Program-made: the position numbers and the translations under genes
Shown: one piece after another, positions 51,677-64,000 of the stretch
Numbering within the stretch: the stretch's first letter is position 1
How the letters are laid out: every line of letters starts with the position of its first letter
From: Selaginella moellendorffii
Taxonomy: Eukaryota; Plantae; Lycopodiophyta
NCBI RefSeq assembly: GCF_000143415.4
Contig: NW_003314268.1
Span: forward strand, 1,193,247 to 1,257,246
DNA length: 64,000 bases
Reading direction: 5' to 3'
The notes under the pieces: model-generated
What the model was told of the DNA's origin: nothing
Database searches by the model: none
Seen by the model: the letters and a program-made list of their open reading frames with translations, nothing else

Positions 51677-53312
51677 CTAACCAACGCAGCCCTTGAGCTT
51701 CATCTTGAGAAGCTCGGGAAGCTCCCTCTCAAACTCTCCAACAAACTGGTCCACGACATCACGACAGAACCCGCTCACAATCATTGCTGCTGCTACGTCC
51801 TCGCTGATGCCTCGCTGCCTGAAGTAGAACAGCTGCTCGTCGCTCACCTTGGACGTGCTCGCCTCGTGCTCGATCCGGGAGCTCGGATTCCGTCCCTGAT
51901 GATCCAAAAGTTCCATACAAACTCGTGAAACCTGTAAACGTGCAATGGGGCTCATATACCTGGATGACTGGAAAGGTGCTCGCAGTAGACTTGTTTCCAA
52001 TGAGCAGCGAGTCGCACTGCGAGAAGTTCCTGGCTCCAGCTGCCGAGGGCTGGATCTGCACGAGCCCCCGGTAGCAATTCGTGGAGTTTCCAGCCGAGAC
52101 TCCCTTGCTCACGATGAAGCTCTTGGTGTTCTTCCCAAGATGGATCATCTTGCTGCCCGTGTCGGCCTGCTGCTGGTTTTGTGTCAATGCCACCGAGTGA
52201 AACTTCCCCACGGAGCCATCGCCTCGCAGCACAACGCTAGGATACTTCCAAGTGATCGCGGAGCCAGTCTCAACTTGCGACCACGATATCTCCGACTTCT
52301 CTCCGTCACAAAGTCCCCTCTTGGTCACGAAGTTGTAAATCCCACCGCGTCCCTGGAGCAACACCTCACGATCAAACCAAGGAGGTAACGTCAAACCCGA
52401 AGGAGAGAACCTGCTGATCACCGGAGTACCAGTTTTGCACCGTGTAGTAGTCGATCTTTGCGTTCCTCGCGCAGTAGAGCTCCACGACCGCGGCATGGAG
52501 CTGGTTTGTGTCGTGAGCCGTGGCCGTGCAGCCCTCGAGGTACGTCAGGTGACCACCCTCCTCGACCACGATCAAAGTTCGCTCGAATTGCCCAGTCTCT
52601 GGCGCGTTGATCCGGAACTGCGTGGAAAGAGGGATGCTCACTCCTCCCCCGGCCTTCACGTAGCAAAATGATCCATCGCTAAACACCGCCGAGTTGAGAG
52701 CCGCGTAGAAGTTGTCCGAGGCCGGAACCACGCGGCCGAGGTTGTCCCGGACGACCTCCGGGAACTCGCGCACGGCCTGGGAGAGCGAGCGGAAGAAGAC
52801 ACCGCCGTCCTCGAGCTCCCGGTGGTGGGTCAACGCCACGGACGTGCTGTCAAAGACGGCGTCAACGGCCATTGACCTGGGCTTAGACCCAGGCGTTGAC
52901 TCGGGTGGCGGCCCCAGGTCAACGCCCAGGCGCTGGTATGCGTCGACGATGGCGGCGTGCTCCGAGGGCTTGGGCTCCGAGTAGTAGCTCATGTCCTGGA
53001 AGTCAACGGGCGGGTGGCGAAGCTCGGACCACGAGGGCGGTGCCATCTTTTGCCACTTGTGGAAGGCGTCCATCCGGAAGTCGAGCATCCATGGCGGCTC
53101 CTGGCGCTTGCTGGAGATGAGGCGGATCGTCTCCTCGGACAGCCCCTTGGGGATTGATACGGACTCCACCTTGGAAGAGAAGCCCCATTTCCTGCAAGCA
53201 CACCAGCAAGTTCTTTTCCTTCCAACAGAGATTTGATTTGAGTGTGCTCTTACCCGTAGTCACAGTTTAGAAAGCGATCAATGGTGGTAGCGTCTGTTCC
53301 CACCGTCGCCAT
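51677..53312 (-). CDS. sufB: SufB-like Fe-S cluster scaffold (ABCI8/NAP1 family); exons 53254-53312, 52411-53191, 51960-52352, 51677-51895
   Basis: [67 protein letters not shown]; start codon uncertain. Confidence 0.9.
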
Positions 53313-53799
53313 CGGGGCGTCGCCGATCACACCTCTTCTCCACGCCCTAGACTTGAGTAGCCCTAAAAATGTATATTATTTTGCGAAAGTAATTATATAA
53401 AGCTACAGATGTAAAACATATTTACTTTGATTTTAAAAACGTTTATAATAGCATATGCTAAAATATCCTAAAATATAATGGAATATTCAGTTTACTTAAT
53501 TTGTAAAGATATCGAGAATATACGTAATATTACGCGATAGTTACATGGAATTCTAACCATCTGGTAAGTGTCCACATGGCATTTCAAGTCTTTCCAAAGT
53601 GAAATATTCAAGGGTAACTAACCGGTTCAAACGCAAGTAAAAATGTACATATACCGTGTTGTATTACGCCTTGAATGATAGCAAGTCAGTGCAATGAAAC
53701 TAAACCAGCTGGAAAACCTTTTACTTTGGAGGAAGATTTCTTTCGTGCCATCTCCTCTCCTCTTTTCTTGCGTCTTGATCCTTTCTCTAGCTCGTGAAA

Positions 53800-55070
53800 A
53801 TGCTCTCCCAGTCGGCATTGCTCTTGCCAGGCTCGAGATCGCAGCAGATAGCAAGGATTGCTTCTCGCCCATACCGCTTTCGCGCCCAGCAATCGTTCCC
53901 CGGCAATCCAAAAGTCTCAAATCCCATGGATGGTTGGCTGAGGAGCAACGAAGCGCGATCCAAGAACGAAGGATGCGTCGCAGCGGTCACGGGCCACAAA
54001 GACGCTGGAGTGCCCGTGGCGGAGGCGTTGATGAGCGCAGCAAGAAGCTTGGAATCCGGGGCCGCTGTGGTGGAATTGGCGTCATCGGGCAAGCTGGTGC
54101 TTCTTCCCAATGCTTTCCACCTCGAGTTCCTGGACGACTGCTTCTTGCCCGGCCATTCTTCGATCGGCTTCGCCCAGCATTCAAAGATCCAAGCTCTTTC
54201 AAGATCCTGGCGGCAGATCCTGGGCATGCATGCGCCTTCTGTGGATTCCTCGTCGGCATGGAGCTCGACGTCCCGATCAATGGCCTCGAGGGCGGCGACG
54301 GCGACACTGCATCCGATTTTCTCAAGGTGGTGGATATTTGCAGGCGGATGGTCGGGCCTGTCGCAGCTATCTGGATCGTTCGAGGAAAGATGTATGAGTT
54401 TTCGGATCAAGACTGTGGCTACTGGCTCTCTTCCGACGATCAGAGCGTCAAGGCTGGTGCTTCCGGCCTCAATGCAGCAGTGGTGATTCGACAGGTCATG
54501 CCTGGCGAGCTGGTTTGCATCGACGGCAACGGCACCACGTCCAGAGTCCAATTCAACGCCGGCGAACGATCACTGGAATGTGGCATCGAGGTCTTCATCC
54601 AATCGTCATGGAACTACCGGATCCATCGTCTCCGGAGAGCTCTCTGCAAGCGCCTGGCACAGCTTCCGTTACCAGAGGTTTGGATCAGGGCGATGGTCAT
54701 AGCCGACGGACGCGAGAATGATCGCTTGGCCGAGGAATTCGCGAAGGCTAAAGGGTTCTCGTATTCCAGAATTGGCCACCATAGCTTTGGAGAGCTTGTG
54801 CGAGGTAACCGAGTACTCGTCGTCGGCTCGTCATACCAGAGGGCTCTTGAGAGTGTCACACGTCTCAAGGGAGGAGAGTATGGGCCGGGTGTCATCCATG
54901 TCCTACTTTTCTCTCCAGTGGTGACCATGGATTGCTGCTACAGCAAGCTGGCGACCATGGTTTCGCAGCAGGAAGTGGACGTGAAATGGCTTCCGGTGGA
55001 GGATTTCTACGACGTCGTGGCCCAGGAAACTGGGAAAACTCCGTGCTGTGCTTGCTTGAGAAACGCCTGA
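53800..55070 (+). pseudogene. Highly divergent amidophosphoribosyltransferase (PurF/ATase)-like gene with an apparent frameshift near 54185-54215
   Basis: N-half lies in the frame of ORF 53794 (transit-like peptide, KNEGCVAAVTG, LPGHSSIGFAQHS); C-half lies in the frame of ORF 53694 (AFCGFLV, IRQVMPGELV, VRGNRVLVVGSS, SPVVTMDCCY, CCACL). Confidence 0.7.
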
Positions 55071-55347
55071 GAGTTTGTAACTTTGAACCATCTGAAATAA
55101 CATGTTCTTTTTCGTTTCCTCCCTGGTCAACGAGTCAACGACCATGCCGGGCTTTGACCCGGGCGCGGACCGAGGTCAACGCCCAGCCGGTGACTGCTCG
55201 GACAGCCCTTCGGACTCTCTCTCGAATATCCCATGATTATAACTCTTACGCATTGACTTCAAAAGAAACGAAACCTTAGGGGATCTTTGTAAGAAACCAG
55301 AGTGAAAAAACAAAGTTAGATTGGCGAGTCAGTAACTAACAAGATCA

Positions 55348-55704
55348 TCAATGAACAAACGCTAATCTTGCGAGGTGCTCCACGCACGAGTAGTACTCGA
55401 GCTTCCTGATCTTCGAGGCCCAAAACGATCCAGGCGTGGAAGAGAAAGGGCTGGATCGTTTCTTCTTGTTGGCTCGTCTGCTGCTGGATTCGTGCTGCTG
55501 CTGCTGCTGCCGCTGCTGCTCTCGATTCTCCTCCTGCTCTTCGCTCTCGATCCCTTCAGGGATCGTTTGCAAGGTGGGATTTAGCCTCTTCTGGCGGCGG
55601 CGGAGATAGGCGCGCTGCATTTGCTCCTCCTCGCTGATGAGCATCCCATTCCGGACGAGATCTCGCTGGAAGAGCCCGCCCCTTGGCCGGCACCAGCGAC
55701 CCAT
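55348..55704 (-). CDS. Hypothetical 118-aa protein (PTLQTIPE motif, Q/E-rich)
   Basis: Single ATG-initiated ORF with coding-like composition. Confidence 0.55.
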   Translation of the reverse strand: MGRWCRPRGGLFQRDLVRNGMLISEEEQMQRAYLRRRQKRLNPTLQTIPEGIESEEQEENREQQRQQQQQHESSSRRANKKKRSSPFSSTPGSFWASKIRKLEYYSCVEHLARLAFVH

Positions 55705-55837
55705 TGCCCTAATTCGCCCAAATTCCTAGATTGCCCTCACCGATCGATCCCAATCGGCCAAATCGTTAGCTCCCATCGTTTAGCTCCTATCGCTGGCCGG
55801 CTTACCTCATCTCCATCCTGGAAGACGTGGATGGGGG

Positions 55838-55932
55838 CCACGTGTCGTGGATCCCACCAATCGTGACGTGGCTATTTTCTTACTCTTTAAATCGTGACGT
55901 GGACGTATGACGTGTCATTGATGTTGACGTTG
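55838..55932. promoter_or_regulatory. G-box/ABRE (ACGT-core) cluster in a bidirectional promoter
   Basis: GCCACGTGTC, TGACGTGGC, TGACGTGG, TGACGTGTC and TGACGT within ~95 bp. Confidence 0.55.
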
Positions 55933-55974
55933 TACTGCTCAAATGATTTTCCCGCGCTAGGGTTCTTCCGATCG

Positions 55975-58900
55975 ATGGAAGTGATTGAGGTGGAGAACGC
56001 CTGGCCGGACGTGGACGGATTCCTCACGCGCATTGTGATGGAGACGAGCGCTAGGTCGAGCGTCAAGCCGCCGCTCCCGCTCAGGCCGGCGCTGTGCGGG
56101 GATATGGATCCGGATCGATCGCTGCTCTCTCTCGGCGGCAGCGATTTTAGCGGTGGTAGCAGCTCGATCTCGCGGAAATCCGTGTCGGCAGCGTCTTCGG
56201 CGTCCAAGAAGCTCTGCGTCGAGGTGCCATGGCGATATTTCGAGGTCATGTACAGCGTCAAGAAGAAAAACTCCAGGAAGCCAGGGCCGCGATCCGATGG
56301 CGTTCTTGCGGTCCAGGGATCGAGCTACAATCTGCTCGACAAGGACGGCAAGTCGATCAGCAAAAGAAAGATTTCGGGAAAAGAAATCAAAGAGAATTCT
56401 TCTCTCGAGGTCAGGAGTTCTTTCACTCGATTAAGAAAATGTCATTATCCTGGCGCAGGTTTTCAACTTTGTGATCGAAGTATTGGACGAGATCCCCGAG
56501 GAAGAGTACCTCAGCGGGAAGATCTTCTCAACGAGCAGGCCTACCTTTCCTTCTTCCGAAGGATCGGACATTACTGTCGAGTCCGCTCGGAATCCTGGAA
56601 GGTAAATGATTCTAATCATCTTCGATCGTGATTGAATTTATGTGGTCAGAGAAAGGCTGTCTAGGCCAATGCAGATTCTGGAGGTAAATTACGTAAATTT
56701 CCACCACAGCCAGTAACTAACGATGGTTGAGCACAGAAAGACCAGCTTGTTCTCAACATGGCAGAAGTTGCAAATGGCGCTGCTCCAGTCGTTGTTGATC
56801 CAGTAAGTTGATATTTACTGTCGCTTGTATTTTCTAAGGTATTTTTTCTTTCAGTACATCGCTTCTAAACTTCGACCGCACCAGAGGGAGGGAGTGAAGT
56901 TTATGTACGAGTGCGTCATGGGACTGAGATCTCGCACATTTACTGGCTGTCTACTAGCTGACGAAATGGGTGAGATATCTCGAGTTTTATAGGTTAAATA
57001 CTTAAGTCGCGAGTTTTTGGGCCAGGTCTCGGGAAAACTGTGCAAGTCATTGCACTGATTTGGACGCTGCTTCGTCAGGTAAATTGTTCTTTTCAGTTTT
57101 TGTGCTCGGCTTACATTTGGGTTCATATGGCAAGGGTTCTGGAGGAGTTCCCGCTGTAAGGCGAGCAGCAGTTGTTTGCCCGTTGACGCTAACCCGAAAT
57201 TGGGGAAAAGAGGTGGTTAATAGCTAGAAACGAACAAGCTTAACTGGACAGCATTTCCAGGTGCGTAAGTGGCTGGGCTCGGAAAGGTTGAAAGCAATGG
57301 TCGTCGACTGCGCAAGAGAGGTACTTAATACCAGAGAAAACAACTAACTAGATGCTTTCATATTTTAGGCAGCAGAAAAGATAATCGACTTCAAAAACGA
57401 CAGCTTCTGTCCTCTTTTAATCACGTCGTATGAAATACTAAGGAAGCACAAGGATATTGTTGCCTCGACGAATCTTGAGCTTCTTATCTGCGATGAAGCT
57501 CATCGACTGAAAAGCTGGTAATACTATACACTTGTTTAATTCTTTACAGCGAGAACAACCAATGGTTCAGCAAGGGAAACAAAACGATTGCGTCACTGGC
57601 TTCGTTGAACTGCAACAAGAGGATTTTACTCGTAAGATTTTGTAGCCTTCACGGCTTTCTAACGCCTGGCTCTGACTGGCAGACTGGAACACCCGCCCAG
57701 AACAACTTAAGCGAGTTTTATGCTTTGCTTGATTTTGCCAATCCAGAGCTATTGGGTTCCTACAACGAGTATAAGAATATCTACGCTTCTCCCATTGAGC
57801 AAAGTCGGGATCGCAACGCCAGGTACGTTTTTCAATCTGTGAAGAGGAAATTAATGCTTGTTGTTTGACAGCCACGCTGAGAAAGAATTAGGCTCAGAGA
57901 GATCGGAAGAGCTGAAACAAATGACAAGCTTTTGCATCCTTCGAAGGACATCTGAGATAAACAAGGAGCACCTTCCACCGAAATCAGAGTAACCGGTTAT
58001 TTACCAAAGTTTCTACTGTTTTAGCTTTTTGTTTTGCAGGTACGCCGTGTTTTGCAAACTTCACGATGTTCAGATTAGTCTTTACGAGATATTTGTCAAG
58101 TCTCAGGTAAACACTGGCATAGTACTATACTTCTCAGCTGGTCTGTGGCAATGCAGTTCGTACGAACCATGCTAAACTCAGATATTCAACGTGCGCACGT
58201 TCTTTCTGCAATTGGAGCGCTGCGTAAACTTTCAAGCCATCCGGGGCTGCTACAGAGTGATATGAAGCACGTTACGAGCGCGGAAATTAAGAATCAACCA
58301 TTTTTTCATCGCGCCGAAGAATTGCTTGATCTTTCTGATGTCCAAGCATCCTTGAGGTACGACAATTACAGTTAGCCGTGGCCAAGTTGCTACTTGTGCA
58401 GAGATGTCGTGAGGCACGATTGGAGCCTATCTGGAAAGTTCGTGTGCTTACAACATCTTCTTTTAGCGACTATACAATGCAACGACAGAATTGTGATCGC
58501 TTCCAACTTCACACAAACCTTGGACTTGATAGAGGTTCGAAGGGCTTGCGTTTTTCTGAGTGTTTCTTAATTTTTAAATCTTGCAGGCAATGTGCAATGA
58601 ACACTCATGGAAGTTCGTTCGACTGGACGGTGGAACCATGATATCGGAAAGACAGTCACTCGTCGAACGGTTCAATCGAAGAATTGGAGAGGCGTCGATC
58701 TTCCTCCTGTCCTCCAAAGCTGGTGGAACTGGCCTGAACCTCATTGGGGCAAACAGGCAACAACTATCTGATGTCATCCATCTTCAAGGGAGCTCTTTAT
58801 AATCTTGTTGTTTGCCTTTCAGGCTCGTTTTAGTCGATCCAGATTGGAATCCAGCAAACGACGCGCAGGTATGAAGACTGATAAGCTGTCCCATCTCACC

Positions 58901-59504
58901 TTCTCTGGTTCCAGGTGATGAGTCGAATATGGAGAGAAGGCCAGCCGAAACCAGTAAAAATATACAGGCTTCTGTCCACTGGCAGGTACGTCTATGACGT
59001 CGAAGTCTCGGCATTAATCGTTGAATTTTCAGCATCGAGGAGAAGATATATCAACGGCAAATCATGAAAAAAGATCTGACGTCTTTCTTTGGTGATCAGT
59101 CCACATATCAACCTACCTGTAAAAGAACGAACGACCAGAAGTTTAGCCGGCAGGAACTCAGAGAGCTTTTAAAATTGCCTTCGGTACATTTTTCAGCATT
59201 GTTTTCGCAGCAACAAACGTCAAACATTGTTATGCAGGAAACAAAATGCGAGACATATGATCTACTGTGCCGGCTCAACACGCAACTGGAGGACAAATGG
59301 AAAGACTCGTCAGGAATGCTGGATGACCACGTCTTACAGAGCGCGGTCGAATCGGGAGTGACTACGTTCGTGTCAGCTGACTCGCCTCAAACGCAACAAA
59401 GCAGCGGAGGTCTCGAAAGGTACATAACTTACAATAGACTTTTCTTAGCTTTTACTTGACTGGGGCATCGCAGAGACACAGGCTTGGATTGTGGAGCATG
59501 TTAA
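55975..59504 (+). CDS. RAD54B: RAD54B/Rdh54-like SNF2 DNA translocase, many short introns (one GC-AG at 58757-58822)
   Basis: [79 protein letters not shown]; N-terminal YFEVMY..KK..DGVL..LLDKDGK domain; 3' end tentative. Confidence 0.85.
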
Positions 59505-60936
59505 TAGAAAAGTTCGATCGATCAAACTTCACTGCGCCTCCATTAACCAGCATCGCAAGAGAATGAAGATTTCACCTTATCAGGTTAGCTCGAAAAGGAA
59601 AGAGAGTTCCTCTCGATAACGTTGTTCTGGCAGGAAAAAAGTTAGCTACCATCTCTCTTTAAAACGGGAACCAAAAGCGGCATTGTTCTCAACAAACCAA
59701 CCGATTGGCGGTTCCATCATCTTGACTTTCAGAGCTAGTTCTAAATAACGCGAAACTTTCTCAGCAACTCAGGGACAACAACTAGGGGACCTGACAACCA
59801 AGCAAGGCAAATTTCCCCACCCTTGATATCGATCTTCCAACTTGGGGACTGGGCAACCACGACAGCGAGAGGTATGTAGATTTTATGCTTTCTCTCTTGC
59901 TCACGTTACGCTTGACTGGGACTTCCACATTCAGTAAAAGGTAGTGGAGCAAAATTGCGGGCGGTGCTGCTGCTAGTGTTGGTACGTCAATGCTTTTTCA
60001 CAAGTACTCCACCTTAGCTTGGGAAGCGGTAAGCAAATCTTTATATGATATTAGTTGCTAGTGTTGCCTCCATAATCTCTATTGATTGATGGCTTTGCTT
60101 GTCCACCAGGATTAATAAGTGCTTTGCTTTGGTGCTCTAGTCTCTCATTTCGAAGATCCAAAAACAAAAAAACGTTGGTGGAGTGGACGATGGATCGATG
60201 GGCGATAGATTTCTTCGATTAATCAAACTTACGAGCGCACACGGAGAAAGAATTGCGAGACGGCGACGTTTGCGTTGTAGGAAAGGTCAACATACGAATT
60301 GCAATCCCGAGTTGATTAAAATCGAAATCAATGCAATCGATACCGGCACCCGATTCGACGGCCGCGATGCGCGCATGCGGCCATCGTAACAAACGGGCAT
60401 CGGACGGCGGGACGGCCCCGACACGTGGCATGCATTCAGCCACGTGGATGATCGGACGGCCGCTGGCTGTTGGACGCCGGAATGGCCAGGCGATTCGAGC
60501 GCGCACCATGACAAATGCAAAGAAGACGGGGGAGAGGAGCAGGATGGCGATGGCTATGGCGGAGATCGAGAGGCATCTCCCTTGTCGCCGCCTCCTCGTG
60601 TAGCTAGCTGCGCTCCAGTCGCGATCGATTTGGCGGTGGCGAAAGGAAAGGGCTGGTGTGGATTTGCCCGAGCCGGAGCTAGGGTTTGAGGCGTTCGTCG
60701 CGGAGGTGAGTTCTTGGCGCTCTAGGCGCTGGGGGTACTGATCGAATTTCGGCAGGGGAAGCTCCTGGCTGATCGAATTACTCGAGTAGATACTAGATCG
60801 TAGCTGATATTTCGGAGAATCGCGGCTTATGGATGAGGAGGAAAAAGGGTATCTGGGCGATGGTTGAAAGGATCATCATCTTCAGCTGCTGCCGCGGTGG
60901 CTAGGGATTCAACCGTCGATCGGGGGTGTGGCAGCC

Positions 60937-62730
60937 ATGTCCGGGAAGAAATCCTCGACGCTGACGCCGCTGTGGAGCGTGATCCAAGACATCAAAGGGA
61001 TTGGAAGCATCTCTAGGAGGAGTTTTGAGGTGAAGCTGCCGACGTATAGTCGATCGAGGTCTCACAGCGCCGCGCAAGATGCCGCTGGCCGGCATCAATT
61101 TGGGGAGAGTGGCCAGCAGAGCCGCTGGGCCAACATGCCACCCGAGCTCCTCCGCGACGTGATCCAAAGGGTGGAAGCCAGCGACAAAATGTGGCCGTCG
61201 CGGAAGAGCGTCGTCGCCTGCGCGGCCGTGTGTAGGAACTGGAGAAAAATCACCAAGGAGATCGTGCAAACTTTGGAGCAGTGTGGAAGATTGACGTTCC
61301 CAGTTTCGCTCAAACAAGTAAGTTCTTTCTCTCTTTTTTCATTTGAGTCCTTGATCGTCCGGAAGTTCTTTCTCCTTTCTTCATTTGAGTCCTTGATCGT
61401 TCAGAACTTTCTCTTTCTTCTTTTTTTAATTGGAGTCCTCGATCCTCCAAAAGTTCTTTTTCTTTCTTTTTTTTTCCCATTTGAGTCGTCGATCGTCCAG
61501 GAGTTCTTTCTCTTTCTTCTTTTTTTCAATTTGAGTCCTCGATCCTCCAGACTAGTACTAGAAGTCAGGAGATCAGATGCTTCGCTTGTCACGCCCTTTC
61601 AAGTTTTCTGGACCCTTCCCAAAGTTTTTGTTTTCTTCTCGAATTAATCTCTCTCTGTTCCTTTGTTTTCTTTTTGTTCGTTCTGAACTTTGTTTGTGCT
61701 TGCAGCCTGGGCCGCGAGACGCTACCGTGCAATGCTACCTTAAACGCGACAGGACAACTTCGACGTATTATCTCTATCTGGGTATTACTCCGAGTAAGCC
61801 ATCCAAAAGTCTCGGCCACACTGTTTACGTTTCCTCTGAAACAGATGTGCTAGAAAACGGGAAGTTCCTGCTAGCGGCTCGAAAGTTTCGGCGAGCCAGT
61901 GGAACGGACTACATCATCTCCACTGATACGGACGACTTCTCTCGTGGGAGCAACACCTACGTTGGAAAGTTGCGGTACGTTTCTTCCTTAAAAACTAGAC
62001 ACTGAAAAGCAGCCTGCGAATCCCCGCTTTTTGCAGATCGAACTTCATGGGCACGAAGTTCACTTTATACGACAGCAACCCTCCGCACGACGGTGCTGTG
62101 GCCTCCACAAACAGAGCAGGCCGGAGGATCCTATCCAAGCAAGTCTCTCCAAGAGTTCCAGCCGGGAGCTACAACATCGCCCACATCGCGTACGAGCTCA
62201 ACGTACTGGGGACAAGGGGCCCCCGGCGCATGGAGTGCACCATTCACTCCATCCCGGCGTCGGCCATGGAGCCCGGGGGATGCGCGCCGACGCCGCTGGA
62301 GAGCGCGACTTCCATGGACGAGGCCTCCATGCTCCCGCCGCTGCTTCTCCCGGTGGGGGCCAAGTCCTCCAAGGTGGCGGCGCTGGATGGATTGGAGGGG
62401 CTGGAAGTGGCGAGCAAAGGCAAGCCGCTGGTGCTCAAGAACAAGCCGCCGCGATGGCACGACCAGCTCCAGTGCTGGTGTCTAAACTTCCGCGGGCGAG
62501 TGACGGTGGCATCGGTGAAGAACTTCCAGCTGGTGGCGGCCACGGAGATCGGGCAGCCGCCGCAGCCGAGCGATCCGGACAACGTCATACTCCAGTTTGG
62601 GAAGATCGGCAAGGACACATTCACCATGGATTATAGGTACCCTCTCTCGGCATTCCAGGCATTTGCGATCAGCCTCAGCAGTTTTGATACTAAGGACAGC
62701 TTACACTGTACTTATGCCTTGATGTTCTGA
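60937..62730 (+). CDS. TULP: Tubby-like F-box protein (exons 60937-61317, 61706-61793, 61845-61974, 62037-62730)
   Basis: F-box [13 protein letters not shown]; SLKQPGPRD; [32 protein letters not shown]; [17 protein letters not shown]. Confidence 0.93.
61318..61550 (+). repeat. Intronic minisatellite (~40-55 bp unit, TTTGAGTCCTTGATCGTCC core, ~5 copies)
   Basis: Seen directly in Tubby intron 1. Confidence 0.7.
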
Positions 62731-63809
62731 AGGAATGGAATCCGAGATGGACGGAAGGAGATGAAAGGTGGCAAGGAGAAAAAAGGTGGTGGTACATTTG
62801 TTTTGTGTGATTTCTCAAGATTACTTGTACATAAGGTGGATTTCAAAGTCTCTCTGTTGTCATTGTTTAACCAATGTTTACTAAAAGATTGTGTGAGGTC
62901 TCCAAATAGCGCACATGGAAACACCGCAATATATGATAAGAGCATAAAAAGTTGGCGGGACTCGGCACCGAACGCACACTTTGATGACACGCCACCAACC
63001 TGTTTTTCTTTCTTGCGTTGTTGTAGTATATATATGAGCTTTCATGTGCAAACGTGCCACGCGGCTTGGCTGTCATGTGTCCCGGGAGACTGAATCCACC
63101 CTTGTAATGAAAGAGAAACCAATCTTTGGTTATATTAGTGAAAAAGTTTAGAATGAAGTTTTGAAGAACGAATTTGCCTGGTAAGTGTCTAAAGTTAAAG
63201 ATCGAATCACAATCCCAAGCGCTAGACCCGCTCTCGCTTTAAAGTGAAATCCAAATTTTTCCATTGACATCCATTTGGTCCGATGCCTCCAGCTGGTCGC
63301 CAAAAGACCAACTATGGATTGGAAAAATAGGCGTCTAGTGCACGTCCACGACGTACATACATACATACATTGCATTGGGCAGTAGCATTTTGCACGTGAT
63401 TCCGCTTTTCGCGGGAACACGTTTTCGCCCGCCAATACTCCGTCGCACAAACGGAAACACGTGTGGTAAAAGCGCCGTTTGCGAGACGGAGCTCTGTCAG
63501 AGCGACGCATTTGTGTCCCTTGTATATATGCCAGGGCCAAGTCCTCCCACTCGGGAAGAAGAAAGAGGTTTTTTTTTATGCTTTCCTTTGTGTGGAGCAC
63601 GAAATCTCGGCGGAACCTTTCTTCTTCGTCGGCTTGTAATCAAGTAGACTTCTTCTTCCTCTGAAAGATCTCTAGCTCCATTCGTCGAATCTCTTGGTGG
63701 GTTTTGGAGGGATTGGAGCGGAAGGAATGCAGCGAAGTGGCCGTGCGCGGCGATGGTGAGTGTTCGCCCCGGAAGGATAGAACAGCACAAGCAGGTCTCC
63801 CCGGACAGG

Positions 63810-63943
63810 ATGATGTTTAAAGTTCCAGCGAATTCGCTGCCGCCGCCGCCGCCGCCGCCAAGTTCTTCCTCCTCGCAAGCTCCAGCGGACATGGCAGGCA
63901 AGAGGAAGTGGCAGGAGGCTTTCAAAGGGGAGTCGTGCCCATC
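63810..63943 (+). CDS. First coding exon of an unknown gene running off the window
   Basis: MMFKVPANSLPPPPPPPSSSSSQAPADMAGKRKWQEAF followed by a GTAAGT donor at 63944. Confidence 0.45.
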
Positions 63944-64000
63944 GTAAGTGGCTTCTGCTCTTGGATCTCTCTAGAATCTTGGGAAGAAGCTCAAACTTTT

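Noticed and set aside
53694-54190. 458-aa ORF taken as the true protein
   Set aside because: Its first ~165 aa are out of frame with the PurF-homologous N-terminus and start upstream of a likely splice acceptor at 53790
59560-60120. Possible extra exons or a small gene after RAD54B
   Set aside because: Splice-like signals are present but no coherent ORF could be assembled

Overview
Compact eukaryotic plant DNA with 50-80 bp GT-AG introns, most consistent with a lycophyte such as Selaginella (inference). Gene-dense flanks carry NAA40-like, beta-1,2-xylosyltransferase, a small secreted acidic/His repeat protein and a Crinkler-type NTPase+nuclease gene on the left. On the right are SufB, a frameshifted PurF-like gene, a small hypothetical gene, a RAD54B-like helicase, a Tubby F-box gene and the start of another gene. 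Between them is a ~45 kb rearranged core whose history can be read from matching target-site duplications. A unit containing a CYP71-clan P450, an MSH2 fragment, a decayed Ty3/gypsy and the SufB 3' end was tandemly duplicated. A chromovirus (element A, TSD CTCGG) and a related non-autonomous LTR element (element B, TSD TTGCT) then inserted, and an ~18 kb inversion (~19976-38003) split both elements and flipped one P450. The most unusual observations are: two spliceosomal-type introns inside element A's integrase; a covarying structured-RNA region (double tRNA T-loops plus a possible pseudoknot) shared by A and B; several micro-inversions; and a divergent PurF-like pseudoenzyme head-to-head with a divergent SufB. 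All calls were made by eye and no searches were run.
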